From Candidatus Poribacteria bacterium (GTDB taxonomy: Bacteria; Poribacteria; WGA-4E; PCPOR2b), in NCBI GenBank assembly GCA_965208325.1, contig OZ242326.1, positions 1,760,001 to 1,824,000 of the forward strand: DNA of 64,000 nucleotides, written 5' to 3'. Made by a program: the position numbers and the translations under genes. Each line of letters starts with the position of its first letter. Position 1 is the first letter of the stretch. This document shows, in pieces, positions 1-10,237 of this stretch. Below the pieces are notes generated by a model, which worked only from the letters and a program-made list of their open reading frames with translations, searched no databases and had not been told where the DNA came from.

Positions 1-260
1 GTCATAACCGCTGCTGTTTCTTGAAGCAGTTGCGCTCGTAGGGTTTGATAATCCGCTTGCGATAACTTGCCCGTTTCATAATCTTCCTCAAGGTCTACAA
101 GCGCTGAATAGCCGCGCTCACGCTCAAGGAATAGCGTTTGCATACGCGCCTCCGCAGGTTGAATGTCTGGCGAAATGCGGGGTTGAGACCAAAGCGGCAG
201 ACCTAGATAGACCAAAAGGGGCATTCCAAGCAATAATATCCATAAAAACACAAAAAACAT
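1..260 (-). CDS. CcmI-like cytochrome c maturation protein, N-terminal part (runs off window start)
   Basis: Manual translation from ATG at 260: MFFVFLWILLLGMPLLVYLGLPLW...LVDLEEDYETGKLSQADYQTLRAQLLQE. TM helix plus the E-x-D-x3-G-x-[IL]-x3-DY helix typical of CcmI N-termini; directly downstream of ccmH-like gene. Not in the ORF track because it is truncated. Confidence 0.65.
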   Translation of the reverse strand, partial: MFFVFLWILLLGMPLLVYLGLPLWSQPRISPDIQPAEARMQTLFLERERGYSALVDLEEDYETGKLSQADYQTLRAQLLQETAAVM

Positions 261-288
261 AATTACTCCCGGCATATAATGCCCGACG

Positions 289-795
289 CTACCTTTGCTG
301 TTTGTATCGTTCCAACTCTTCCTCAATTTCAGCGTATTGACTGGCTGATTCCGACGGCCCCTGCTCGGTCGGAACTGTCGAATCGGATAATGTCGTGCTG
401 CGCTTCGATCTAAGCACCAAAAAGATAATCACGCCGAGCAAAATGATGATAACCGCCGGCATCGCATATGCGACGATATTAAATCCCTTGGCAGGCATCA
501 GAGCCGAGAACTGTGTTCCGTACATTTCAAGATAGTCAGTCCGAATCTGTTGAACCGTTTCCCCAGCGGCCAGGTGACTGCGAAAATCTGTTTCAATCTG
601 TTGAGCAGTGCCGCAGACGCAATTCCTTATCGTTTCTCGCACGCAGCCACAGTGGCAGTACACGCTCGTCATCAATTCTTCTAGGTTTGAATCGAGCGAT
701 GATTCGCTTGCGGACATTTGTTCTTGACCATCCGCTGCTGAAATTAAGCAGCCAAAGGACATTAAAATCAAGAGAACGGTGCTGCGGATATTCAT
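289..795 (-). CDS. ccmH: Cytochrome c biogenesis protein, CcmH/CycL family
   Basis: Signal peptide, Cys motifs CHCGC and CVC, GETVQQIRTDYLEMYG helix, C-terminal TM segment; follows ccmF. Start chosen at MNIRS (804 also possible; track ORF starts at 846). Confidence 0.75.
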   Translation of the reverse strand: MNIRSTVLLILMSFGCLISAADGQEQMSASESSLDSNLEELMTSVYCHCGCVRETIRNCVCGTAQQIETDFRSHLAAGETVQQIRTDYLEMYGTQFSALMPAKGFNIVAYAMPAVIIILLGVIIFLVLRSKRSTTLSDSTVPTEQGPSESASQYAEIEEELERYKQQR

Positions 796-796
796 T

Positions 797-2809
797 TTAC
801 ACATTGCTTTTTGTGTGCTTCTCACACATTGCGACGAAACCGCCAATCATCATAACGGCAACGCCAAGCCAGACTACATTGACAAGCGGATTATGGTAAA
901 CTTGGACAGAAACGATGCCTCCCGACTCCAAATGGGCTGGCACGTTTTCAGGGAGGGGGCCTAATGCAATATACAAGTCATTTAATCCGAAATGACGAAT
1001 CGAAGATTCGATCGTATCTTGTTCGCCCTGCCCGGCTTTGTGATAAAATCCGCGCGCCGGCCGCATCGTTCCCATCGGCTTACCGTCTTTTTCAACCGCG
1101 AATACTACGCCGCCGAGCGAGAAATTCGGGTGCTCCTCCTGAAACGCACTTTCCACCGTGAGATTGAATTTCCCTATCTCCATTGATTCCCCACGTTGCA
1201 GCCCCTTCGATTCCAACAAATAATAACCCTTAGACCCCAGAATTCCAATGTATACAATCACGATTCCGATATGGACAATGTATCCGCCGTACCGGCGTTT
1301 GTTGCGTTTAACCAATCGGAAAAGTCCATCAACGAAACCGGTTTCTTGGCGTTTGGCGCGCAATTTTGCGCCGCGGTAGAATTCGTCAGAGATAGCCGCG
1401 AGGACAAATATACCGGCAAAAACGCATAGCACAGAGTAGACTGCTGAAGTGTGGCCATTCAAAGCAAGATATACCAACGCGAGCACGGCTCCGATTAAAC
1501 CGAAGACTATAGGTTTGGCAAACATCCGTCTGAAGTTGCTTGGCGTCAACTTTTTCCATGAAGTGATAGGTCCAATACCCGTCAATAACAACAGGAGCAG
1601 TCCGGGAATAATGACAACCTGATTGAAGAATGACTCGGGCACGGCAACTTTCTCACCCGTAACACCTTCTGTGATAATTGGCCACAGCGTTCCCCAGAGT
1701 ATTATCAGCGTCAATCCCACAAGCATCCAATTATTAAGCAGGAATGCGCTTTCACGAGAAAGCAGGGATTCGAGTCGATTTGGGCTTTTCAGGTCGTTCC
1801 AGCGGTATGCAATAAGCGCAATTACACCCAGTGTGGAAAGGCCTATAAATATCAGAAAATAGTGTCCGATGTCGGACTGCGCAAACGCATGCACGGAAGA
1901 GACGATTCCGCTGCGGGTGATGAATGTCCCCAACAGTGTAAACTCAAACGCCAGAGTAATCAAGATGATATTCCAGAGTTTGAGCATATTCCGCTTTTCT
2001 TGAATCATCACCGAATGCAGATAGGCGGTCCCAAGCAGCCACGGCATGAACGAGGCATTTTCGACCGGATCCCACGCCCAATAGCCGCCCCACCCGAGTT
2101 CGCGATACGCCCAATTCCCGCCGAGCGTAATGCCGAGCGTCAACACGAGCCAGGATACCATCATCCACCGCCGAGATTTGACTATCCATTCGCCGCCTGT
2201 CTTGCCTGCGGCTAGTGCGCCGATCGCAAAGGAGAAGGGTACGGTTAGGCTGACGAAGCCGACGTAAAGTGACGGCGGATGAAAAACCATACTCGGCGTT
2301 TGAAGCAGCGGATTCATTCCGGCGCCGTCTAAGGCAGCTCTGTCGTTTGGAAAACGCTCCAGTGGATTATAGACGCCCTCAATTAAACCCGTTACAAGTA
2401 TGATAAAAAAGAGCTGCACTATTGAAATTGGGATGAGGGCATAGTCCGCCAAATGATCTGCCGCACGCTGGCTTGTCCATACAACCAAGGCGCCAAAAAG
2501 CGTCACCAGCCAAAGCCAAAACAGCAAAGATCCTGACATTCGCCCCCACAACGCAGTGATTTTATACATCATCGGTTGATCCGTGCTGGAGACCTCGGCG
2601 ACATACTTCATTGAAAAGTCGTCCGTCACAAAACCGTAGATTAGCGCGCCAGTTGCGAGCGTTATTAAAGCAAACGTGCCAACGACGCCGTTGCGTCCGC
2701 TGACGACGGCATTGTAATTTTTGCGGCGCAGTCCCATCCACAGCATTGCCATCGCCCACAGGCACGAAAAAACAGAAAGCCAAATTGCTGCTTGTCCCAA
2801 TTCTGCCAT
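797..2809 (-). CDS. ccmF: Cytochrome c heme lyase CcmF
   Basis: WWD domain WAYRELGWGGYWAWDPVENASFMPWL, HPP motif, TFITRSG...SVHAF, many TM helices. Confidence 0.97.
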   Translation of the reverse strand: MAELGQAAIWLSVFSCLWAMAMLWMGLRRKNYNAVVSGRNGVVGTFALITLATGALIYGFVTDDFSMKYVAEVSSTDQPMMYKITALWGRMSGSLLFWLWLVTLFGALVVWTSQRAADHLADYALIPISIVQLFFIILVTGLIEGVYNPLERFPNDRAALDGAGMNPLLQTPSMVFHPPSLYVGFVSLTVPFSFAIGALAAGKTGGEWIVKSRRWMMVSWLVLTLGITLGGNWAYRELGWGGYWAWDPVENASFMPWLLGTAYLHSVMIQEKRNMLKLWNIILITLAFEFTLLGTFITRSGIVSSVHAFAQSDIGHYFLIFIGLSTLGVIALIAYRWNDLKSPNRLESLLSRESAFLLNNWMLVGLTLIILWGTLWPIITEGVTGEKVAVPESFFNQVVIIPGLLLLLLTGIGPITSWKKLTPSNFRRMFAKPIVFGLIGAVLALVYLALNGHTSAVYSVLCVFAGIFVLAAISDEFYRGAKLRAKRQETGFVDGLFRLVKRNKRRYGGYIVHIGIVIVYIGILGSKGYYLLESKGLQRGESMEIGKFNLTVESAFQEEHPNFSLGGVVFAVEKDGKPMGTMRPARGFYHKAGQGEQDTIESSIRHFGLNDLYIALGPLPENVPAHLESGGIVSVQVYHNPLVNVVWLGVAVMMIGGFVAMCEKHTKSNV

Positions 2810-2832
2810 TGTATGACTATTCCTGCGTATGC

Positions 2833-3279
2833 CTAATATTCGCCTTCACTTGGCTTGCTAGCTTGCGCAGTGACTCCTTCAACTGCTTCGTATTTCGACG
2901 CACACTTCGTTTGGAGTTTGGTGGCAACGATAAGATTTTCCGACGCGTTATAATTCCCCTGAACAAAAACGTTCCCACCATCTTTGAAATTATCCGGTTT
3001 GATTCTATTTGCATACAGGACATTTACTTCCGCTTTGCTTTCACGATCCCGCACGGCAAAGGTAAGCTGAAACGTCGTTGGATCCCATTCGGTTGTGCCC
3101 TCAGAAATCAACCCGTCGACTTGGATGCCCTTATTGTCAACTTCTTGTGCGTGCGCTACGAGCGCATCGGGCGTGAAATGCCGCATGCCGGTGTTTTTTA
3201 CCCCAGCAACAACCAAGAACACCAGCGCGCCAGCGATGATTGCGCTCGCACAAATGATCTTAAATCTTCTTCTATTCAC
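2833..3279 (-). CDS. ccmE: Heme chaperone CcmE, CxxxY variant
   Basis: N-terminal membrane anchor, OB-fold pattern PDNFKDGGNVFVQG, C-terminal KCASKY in place of KHDENY. Confidence 0.92.
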   Translation of the reverse strand: MNRRRFKIICASAIIAGALVFLVVAGVKNTGMRHFTPDALVAHAQEVDNKGIQVDGLISEGTTEWDPTTFQLTFAVRDRESKAEVNVLYANRIKPDNFKDGGNVFVQGNYNASENLIVATKLQTKCASKYEAVEGVTAQASKPSEGEY

Positions 3280-4817
3280 GATTTGCTCTCCTTGCCCGCG
3301 TAAAATATGGCTATTTCGTCCGCGAGGTTCTCAATTGTCGTTTCTCTCGCAACTACATCCACGCTTAACCCGCTCCGTTGGGCGGCTGATGCTGTTGAAG
3401 GGCCGATAACCGCGGTGTGGACGTTTTCAAGCAGCGCAGCCGGCGAATGCCGATTAAACATATCCAGAAAGTTTGTGATAGCAGATGCGCTTGTAAACGT
3501 GACCATGTCAATCCTTCCGTTGACCAGATTAGCTTCGATTTCCCCGCTTCGTTCCATGCAGGCTTTAACGGTATCGTAGATTGGAACAACATCGACAATC
3601 GCCCCCCGCTCGCGTAATCCGTCCGGAAGCTCTTGAGAAGCGATTTTTGCGTGCGGCACCAAGATTTTTTGTGCTGTGACCGGCTCCAACTCAGCGGCAA
3701 TTGCCGCGCTGTGAGATTGCGATGGGACAAAATCTGTACGAATCCCAATGATGTCCAACGCTTTGACCGTTTTGGGGCCAACCGCACAGATTCTCGCCTT
3801 TCCGAACGATCGGGCATCACCGCCCAATTCTCGTAAATTGCAGTAGAAAACCTCAACCGCGTTGACGCTCGTGAAGATTATCCAGTTGTATTCGGCGAGT
3901 CCGCCGATTGCCGCATCAAATGCCGCATTGTCGTTGATTGGCTGAATCTCAATTGTGGGAAACTGAACTGTTTGTGCGCCGTAGGATTCCAATTTTTCTG
4001 CCAATTCGCTGATTTGCGCACGGGCACGCGTCACGACTATCGTTCGCCCAAAAAGTGGTTTTCGATCAAACCAACGCAGATCATTGCGGAGCGTGTTCAC
4101 TTCGCCCACAACAATCGCCGCAGGCGAGCGGAAACCAACCGATTCCGCCTTGTGTGCAATATCCGAAAGTGTCCCCTCAAGGGTTTCTTGCTGCGGTGTT
4201 GTGCCCCAATGAATCAAGGCGGTAGGGGTTTCCGGTTTACGGCCATAATCAATGAGTCGCTCTGTAATTTGGCGCAAATGTCCGATGCCCATGAGGACAA
4301 CCAGGGTATCGACAGCCGTTGATAGCTGTTCCCAACGAACGGGAGAATCTGACCCCAATGCGGCTGAATGTCCTGTCACAATGCCAACCGAAGATGCATA
4401 TTCTCGGTGTGTCACCGGGATGCCAGCATACGCCGGCGCGGCGATAGCCGAGCTAATACCGGGCACAATTTCGAAGTCAATCCCCGCATCTGCAAGTATT
4501 AATGCTTCCTCCCCGCCTCGCCCAAAGACAAACGGATCGCCGCCTTTAAGCCGCACGACCGTCTTTCCTGCTGTCGCGTGCTGGACCATCAACTCGTTAA
4601 TTTCAGACTGTTGACGTTCCTGCTCTCCCGCCATTTTTCCGCCATAAATCTTTTTGGCGTGAGGCGACGCGTGCTCAAGTAATTTGACGTTGACGAGGAG
4701 GTCATAGATTACAACATCTGCCTGTTGGAGGCATTCAATACCTTTGAGCGTGATTAGTTTTGGGTCGCCCGGCCCCGCTCCGACAAGGTAGACTTTCCCA
4801 CATTTAACGGACATCAT
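3276..4817 (-). CDS. cobA: Fused uroporphyrinogen-III C-methyltransferase / uroporphyrinogen-III synthase (CobA-HemD)
   Basis: VYLVGAGPGDPKLIT and RLKGGDPFVFGRGGEE (SUMT), then PLFGRTIVVTRA...IIFTSVNAV...FTSAS (HemD). Confidence 0.96.
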   Translation of the reverse strand: MMSVKCGKVYLVGAGPGDPKLITLKGIECLQQADVVIYDLLVNVKLLEHASPHAKKIYGGKMAGEQERQQSEINELMVQHATAGKTVVRLKGGDPFVFGRGGEEALILADAGIDFEIVPGISSAIAAPAYAGIPVTHREYASSVGIVTGHSAALGSDSPVRWEQLSTAVDTLVVLMGIGHLRQITERLIDYGRKPETPTALIHWGTTPQQETLEGTLSDIAHKAESVGFRSPAAIVVGEVNTLRNDLRWFDRKPLFGRTIVVTRARAQISELAEKLESYGAQTVQFPTIEIQPINDNAAFDAAIGGLAEYNWIIFTSVNAVEVFYCNLRELGGDARSFGKARICAVGPKTVKALDIIGIRTDFVPSQSHSAAIAAELEPVTAQKILVPHAKIASQELPDGLRERGAIVDVVPIYDTVKACMERSGEIEANLVNGRIDMVTFTSASAITNFLDMFNRHSPAALLENVHTAVIGPSTASAAQRSGLSVDVVARETTIENLADEIAIFYAGKESKS

Positions 4818-4837
4818 GCATGTGTTGCTTTCACCCT

Positions 4838-5770
4838 TTACCTTAGAAGTTTACTTGCTCCGCCTTGAATCAGTTTGCTAACGACGTTGGAAGCCAGTTC
4901 ATCGGCGTACGCCGTGCTACCTGTAAGCCGCTCAAGAATGCGGTGCTTTCCGTCCGGGCTGCATACCGCAGCCATTAGATGAAGCCTATCGTCCTTCAAC
5001 TCTGAAAATGCGCCGATTGGGACTTGACAGCCGCCGCCCAATTCCCGTAACACAGCCCTTTCCGCGAACACCTCGATTTCGCATTGATTATCGTTGATTG
5101 CGGTCAACAACGCTTTTATCTCAAGGTCATCTTCGCGTGCTTCAATGCCCAAGGCACCCTGTCCGGCGGCGGGTACCATCCGGCTAGTCTCAAAATACTC
5201 CGTAATAATATCACCGCCAATCAGCCGTTTAATTCCCGCCGCAGCAAGGATTACTCCATCAAGCTCGGTTTCGTGCAGTTTGCGGAGGCGTGTGTCCAGA
5301 TTGCCTCGAACATTTACAACCTGTAAATCAGGGCGTAAGTGCAAAAGTTGGGATTTTCGGCGCGGACTCGCCGTACCAATTTTTGCTCTTTTTGGGAGAT
5401 TATCGAGGCCAAGTCCGGATTGTGAAACTAGCACATCGCGCGGATCTTCGCGTGCAGGAATGGCGGCAATACAAAGCCCGTCCGGTAAATCTGTCGGTAA
5501 ATCTTTCATGCTATGGACCGCGAGGTCAATGCTAGCGTCCAAAAGCGCAATTTCAATCTCCTTTGTAAAAACTCCTTTGCCAAGCCCGGCAAGAGAGCTT
5601 TCTTGGATTTTGTCCCCTGTTGTTTGGATGATTTGAAGCGTTACCCCGATGTCAGGGAATTGGCGGTTTATCCGCTTCTTAACATACTCTGCCTGCCAGA
5701 GCGCAAGTTGACTGCCGCGTGTGCCAATGGTGATGGTCTGTTTCATTAGTTGCATCCGTCCGTGTTTCAA
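4838..5770 (-). CDS. hemC: Hydroxymethylbilane synthase (porphobilinogen deaminase)
   Basis: IGTRGSQLALWQA, DLAVHSMKDLP, RGNLDTRLRKL, LGGGCQVPIGA; true start may be 5746. Confidence 0.97.
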   Translation of the reverse strand: MKHGRMQLMKQTITIGTRGSQLALWQAEYVKKRINRQFPDIGVTLQIIQTTGDKIQESSLAGLGKGVFTKEIEIALLDASIDLAVHSMKDLPTDLPDGLCIAAIPAREDPRDVLVSQSGLGLDNLPKRAKIGTASPRRKSQLLHLRPDLQVVNVRGNLDTRLRKLHETELDGVILAAAGIKRLIGGDIITEYFETSRMVPAAGQGALGIEAREDDLEIKALLTAINDNQCEIEVFAERAVLRELGGGCQVPIGAFSELKDDRLHLMAAVCSPDGKHRILERLTGSTAYADELASNVVSKLIQGGASKLLR

Positions 5771-7083
5771 ACATCCGTTTCACGAGTGCGCTCCAAACCA
5801 AACAGCACCTGCAATGCGCGAACATACGGGACATGATCTTCATTGAGATTGTCCGCTATCTCAAGAGAATCGGAATCCATAGCAACCTGCCTCAGATGCG
5901 TCGTTGGTTGATGCAGTAACTTTTTAGTAATGGATTGAATCATGGATTCAACGATTTTCTGCTGCTGGGGTGATAGCTCCGCCTTGTCCAAACAGATGTC
6001 CAATTCTCTTGAGGCAATACCCTGAAATTTCTGGTATAAAGCCTTTATGATCGGGTTTACATCAAGCGCTTGCAACTCTAAGTAAAACTTTACAGCTTCT
6101 GCTTCGACAATTTGTGCCGCAATTTCCGCTTCCTGTCCCCGCTCTTTGAGGTTTGAAGCGACCACAGCTTCAAGGTCGTCGATGTTGTATAGAAACGCAT
6201 TTTCCACCGCTCCCACTTGCGGGTCAATATCCCGAGGCACCGCTATGTCGATTAGAAACATGTAGCGGTGTTTCCGCTTTCTCATAATTTCCGCAAGCGC
6301 TTTGCGGTGGATTAAGTGATGCGAGGCGTTGGTTGAAGTAATCACAATGTCGGCGTCAACGAGGAAGTTCAAATTGGCATCATAGGTTAATGGGGTGCCG
6401 CTGAATTTTTCAGCGATTTCCACCGCGTGCTCGTAAGTTCTGTTCGCAACGATTACTTTCGAAACGCCGTTCTCCACAAGATGTTGCGCCGTTAATTCGC
6501 TCATTTCACCCGCACCGATAATCACAACCGTTTTGTCTTCAAGGCTCTGGAAGATTTTCTTGGCGAGTTGAACCGCGACAAAACTGATTGACACCGCGCC
6601 GGCGCCAATTTCGGTTTCCGTACGAACCCGCTTCCCGACGCGAATTGCTTTTGTGAATAAGCGCTTAAGAACATCACCGCTAGCTCCAGCAGATAGAGAA
6701 TGGTCATACGCCGCCTTTACCTGTCCGAGAATTTGCGACTCTCCAACAACCATGGAATCCAGGCTGGTAACAACGTTAAAAAGATGCCGAACGGCATCGA
6801 GGTTCTGGTAATTGTATGTGAATTGCGCGAGTTGACGCCGATCGACTTCGTGGTAATCCGATAGAAAATCGAAAAGCAAGGTACAGCCGTCTTTGCTGTT
6901 TGCCGCCGCATAAATTTCGACCCGGTTGCATGTCGAGAGGATAACGGCTTCTTCAATCTGGCGATTATCCTTCAATAATCGGAACGCTTCCGCATATTGA
7001 TCTTCGGAAAATGACACCCGTTCTCGGCAATCGAGCGGGGCAGTATGGTGGCTGGTGCCGACAACAAATATCTGGTTCATCAT
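5767..7083 (-). CDS. hemA: Glutamyl-tRNA reductase
   Basis: LSTCNRVE, SLDSMVVGESQILGQVK, GAGEM, DIAVPRD. Confidence 0.97.
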   Translation of the reverse strand: MMNQIFVVGTSHHTAPLDCRERVSFSEDQYAEAFRLLKDNRQIEEAVILSTCNRVEIYAAANSKDGCTLLFDFLSDYHEVDRRQLAQFTYNYQNLDAVRHLFNVVTSLDSMVVGESQILGQVKAAYDHSLSAGASGDVLKRLFTKAIRVGKRVRTETEIGAGAVSISFVAVQLAKKIFQSLEDKTVVIIGAGEMSELTAQHLVENGVSKVIVANRTYEHAVEIAEKFSGTPLTYDANLNFLVDADIVITSTNASHHLIHRKALAEIMRKRKHRYMFLIDIAVPRDIDPQVGAVENAFLYNIDDLEAVVASNLKERGQEAEIAAQIVEAEAVKFYLELQALDVNPIIKALYQKFQGIASRELDICLDKAELSPQQQKIVESMIQSITKKLLHQPTTHLRQVAMDSDSLEIADNLNEDHVPYVRALQVLFGLERTRETDV

Positions 7084-7896
7084 TTAGAATGCGTGCATAC
7101 TAGGTAAAAACAGATTAACGCCGGCATACGTAAACAGCACAGCGGCAAAACCGACGATTGCTGAATAAGCAGTTTTACGCCCATACCAGCCGAATATTTG
7201 GCGAATACTGAGTTGCAAAACATAAATAAGCCATGTTGCGATGGTGAAGATAACTTTTGGGTCAACCCATTTCCACGTGACCTCTTGGACATTTCGCGTC
7301 CAAAACACTCCGATAATGATTCCAATGGTCATTAGAATCACACCGGCGACGATGCACTTATGGCCAATCCGATCCGACCTCCCAAGCGCGGGCAGAAGGT
7401 TATAAAGGAGCGTGTGCTTCTTTTCCCGTATCCGCTTTTCTTCAATTAAATACATTAGCCCAAACCCAAACGCCGCGACAAATGCCGCATAAGCCAGAAA
7501 AATGAAGGATGAATGGGTGATGAGCCAGTAATTCTGCAGCGCAGGGGAGACTGCTGCGTTCCCCTTCGGTAGGGTATAGGCGATTAGGTTTGCAATGAAG
7601 GCAGCGGGAACAACGAAACTCCCGACAGTGCGCAGGCGAGTCAGGTGAGCAATACACAAGTAAATCAAAATTATTGCCCATGCGAAAAATGAGGCTGAAT
7701 CATACCAGTACGCCATTGGGAACTCCCCTTGGCGCAGCCAGCGTAAAACCAAATAAAACGAGTGCAGCGCGAATCCCCCGATTGTTATCCAATAAGCGAA
7801 CCGATCAATTTTTCGATCGCCGGTAGTGAGGAATAGCGCGTGAAAAATACTTGCTGCCAAGTATATCAGTAGCGTCAGTAAAAATAGAAAGTCCAT
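7084..7896 (-). CDS. Cytochrome c assembly family membrane protein (CcsA/HemX/YpjD-like)
   Basis: About 8 TM helices, conserved His in WLITH, W-x-W-x-DPK motif; abuts hemA. Confidence 0.85.
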   Translation of the reverse strand: MDFLFLLTLLIYLAASIFHALFLTTGDRKIDRFAYWITIGGFALHSFYLVLRWLRQGEFPMAYWYDSASFFAWAIILIYLCIAHLTRLRTVGSFVVPAAFIANLIAYTLPKGNAAVSPALQNYWLITHSSFIFLAYAAFVAAFGFGLMYLIEEKRIREKKHTLLYNLLPALGRSDRIGHKCIVAGVILMTIGIIIGVFWTRNVQEVTWKWVDPKVIFTIATWLIYVLQLSIRQIFGWYGRKTAYSAIVGFAAVLFTYAGVNLFLPSMHAF

Positions 7897-7971
7897 GAGC
7901 CGAAAAACGAATTATGTGTGTATCCGAAAAGCAAAAAGGAAACCGTCCGAGTACACGTCTTTAAATAATCC

Positions 7972-9189
7972 TTAGTTTATTTTTCGATCCCCAATTTGAT
8001 GAAGAACGTGTTGGCGTACCCGATCACCCTGGCCTTGACAAACGAGGTTAAACGCGCATTCCGCCGAGCAACCAGGATTTTCAAAGCGTAAACAGCATTT
8101 CTTTCCTTCGCCCGCCCCCCGTTGGTGGAGTGGAACTTGATCGATGAGGTTCTCGAAAAACTCCTGCCGATACCGCTGAGTTGGAACGGCGTCCATTACG
8201 AGGGGGCGCAATGCTCCGAGAAAGTCAATGAACGGTCCGTACCCATTACTCTCAAATTGATTTGCCAGTTCCGTCTGTAGGTGCTTGGCCGTTTCCTGTG
8301 CTTTTTCGGTTGGCGTCTTAGCAGTAATGCCGATTATCATATTCCCGTCTACCACCAGAATTGGAGTGACAAACGTCCCCAACTTCGCGTTATTGAGGCA
8401 TTCAAACAACTGAATCCGATTGGGCACTCTTGTCGCCCCATTCCCTGTTCGTGCGGCGAAAGCGCTGCCACCACAGTTCGATTCTATATTGTCGAAGTAG
8501 ACTAGAAACGCATCCGATATTCGATTCAAATCCTCGTGCGCGGCGTCAATCTGTTCAATAGATGCGCCGCACTGCTTCAATAGATGCACGCGCCGCCCAA
8601 TCTCCTCGCTCATGCTATTGTTGTTGCGGATGATTTTGCACCGGCGATTCTCAACCAAAAAATAGACCGGATACGGGTGGCTGTATTTCCCGCGCGAAGG
8701 TGTGAATTTAGCCTCAACCGGCGTTGTGTAAAGAGACTCGGCAGCGAACTTTGTTTCGAGATATTCTCGGATGCGTCGAGAAATCGCCGGACTCTTCCCG
8801 CTCGTGGAGATACTAATCGTCAGATCTCCGTGCGTCACAACTGACGCCGCCGCAAAGGTACATTCGGGGATTACATCGACGACGTTAACCAGATTAATGC
8901 CATGCTCCTCGTGGGCATCATGAAATACCCGTGTGTTGATTTCGGGGGAATCCGTTGCGGCACAAACAAGGAACATCCCTGCCGAGTCGCCCGGTTGAAA
9001 TTGGCGTTGGCGCCATTGAATCCAATCTGCTTGTGACAGCTGGTAGAGCACAGTCGTCGTTTCGGGGCTAATCAGCGTCACCTGCCCGCCGCAACGCAGC
9101 AGGGAGATGACTTTTCGCTCGGCGACGATTCCTCCTCCGAAAACGAGGCATTTTCGATTCTGGAGGTTCAAATGTGCAGGGTAGAACAT
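7972..9189 (-). CDS. Precorrin-2 dehydrogenase / sirohydrochlorin ferrochelatase-like (SirC/Met8/CysG-N) with internal duplication
   Basis: MFYPAHLNLQNRKCLVFGGGIVAERK, LVNVVD, ISISTSGKSPAISRRIREYLE; second degenerate unit starting YPVYFLVENRRCKII; Cys-rich tail. Confidence 0.85.
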   Translation of the reverse strand: MFYPAHLNLQNRKCLVFGGGIVAERKVISLLRCGGQVTLISPETTTVLYQLSQADWIQWRQRQFQPGDSAGMFLVCAATDSPEINTRVFHDAHEEHGINLVNVVDVIPECTFAAASVVTHGDLTISISTSGKSPAISRRIREYLETKFAAESLYTTPVEAKFTPSRGKYSHPYPVYFLVENRRCKIIRNNNSMSEEIGRRVHLLKQCGASIEQIDAAHEDLNRISDAFLVYFDNIESNCGGSAFAARTGNGATRVPNRIQLFECLNNAKLGTFVTPILVVDGNMIIGITAKTPTEKAQETAKHLQTELANQFESNGYGPFIDFLGALRPLVMDAVPTQRYRQEFFENLIDQVPLHQRGAGEGKKCCLRFENPGCSAECAFNLVCQGQGDRVRQHVLHQIGDRKIN

Positions 9190-9247
9190 AGAGATTGTAT
9201 TTAAACCGACAGTCAGCTAGGGCGCCTAAGGCCGTGCCGCGAAGTCA

Positions 9248-10237
9248 TTACCGATCTCTAGATACGACATAATCTGCAAGTTGTTCAAGCGCGGTCTTGG
9301 CGGGCGCGTCTGGCAACCCAACCAAAGCCGCTTTTGCGCGATCCGCATATTCTTGGGCAATCTGGACGCAATACTCCTGGACCTGATACCGCCGAAGCAG
9401 TTTCGTAATCCAATCTATTGCCCAATCCTCGTCGCCTTCCGTGCTAAAGACTCGTTCTAACGTGCCCTTTTCATCCGAAGTACAGACGCCGCGTGTATAG
9501 ATTATTGGAAACGTCAACTTTCCTTCACGCATATCGTTGAAGGATTCCTTGCCCAGCTTTGTTTCATCGGATACAAGATCGAGAAGATCATCGATAATTT
9601 GGAATGCGGTACCAATTGATTCACCGTATTCTGTGAATGCATGTATGGTCTCCAAATCTTCTGTTCCCAGCATCGCTCCCATTTCACACGAAGCAGTGAT
9701 AAGCTTCCCGGTTTTCAGTCCAATAATCTTCAGATAATCATCCTGCGCAACATTGAAATCCCCGTTTTTGTAGGCGTGAATGACTTCCCCTTCACACATT
9801 GCTTGAGTTGTGTCGGAGAGAATTCGCATCGCCGCGTCATCGGCGCGTCGAGCGACAAGCATTGAAAGCACTCGCGCATGAAGGTAGTCCCCCACAAGCA
9901 CTGCAACCTTATTCCCCCACTTGGAGTGCAACGTTTCATGGCCCCGCCGAATCGGGGCTTCATCGAGGACATCGTCATGAACGAGCGAAGCAACGTGAAT
10001 CAGCTCAGTAACGGCTGCAAGCGTGTGTGCGTCCTCGCCTTCATATCCGCACGCTTTTGCAGAAAGTACCAGCAGAATTGGGCGAAGCCGTTTGCCGCCG
10101 CCTTCGATTACATGCTGAACGGCAAGATCGACAAAATCATAATGGCTCGTCGTTTTTTCGAGAAGCTTACTTTCGATTGCATCTAAATCGGCAGCAATAA
10201 ACTGGCAAATCTCACTGAGGTCCGTTGTTGACATCAA
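9248..10237 (-). CDS. Trans-polyprenyl diphosphate synthase
   Basis: GGKRLRP, FARM HDDVLD...RRG, KT motif, SARM FQIIDDLLD. Confidence 0.95.
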   Translation of the reverse strand: MMSTTDLSEICQFIAADLDAIESKLLEKTTSHYDFVDLAVQHVIEGGGKRLRPILLVLSAKACGYEGEDAHTLAAVTELIHVASLVHDDVLDEAPIRRGHETLHSKWGNKVAVLVGDYLHARVLSMLVARRADDAAMRILSDTTQAMCEGEVIHAYKNGDFNVAQDDYLKIIGLKTGKLITASCEMGAMLGTEDLETIHAFTEYGESIGTAFQIIDDLLDLVSDETKLGKESFNDMREGKLTFPIIYTRGVCTSDEKGTLERVFSTEGDEDWAIDWITKLLRRYQVQEYCVQIAQEYADRAKAALVGLPDAPAKTALEQLADYVVSRDR

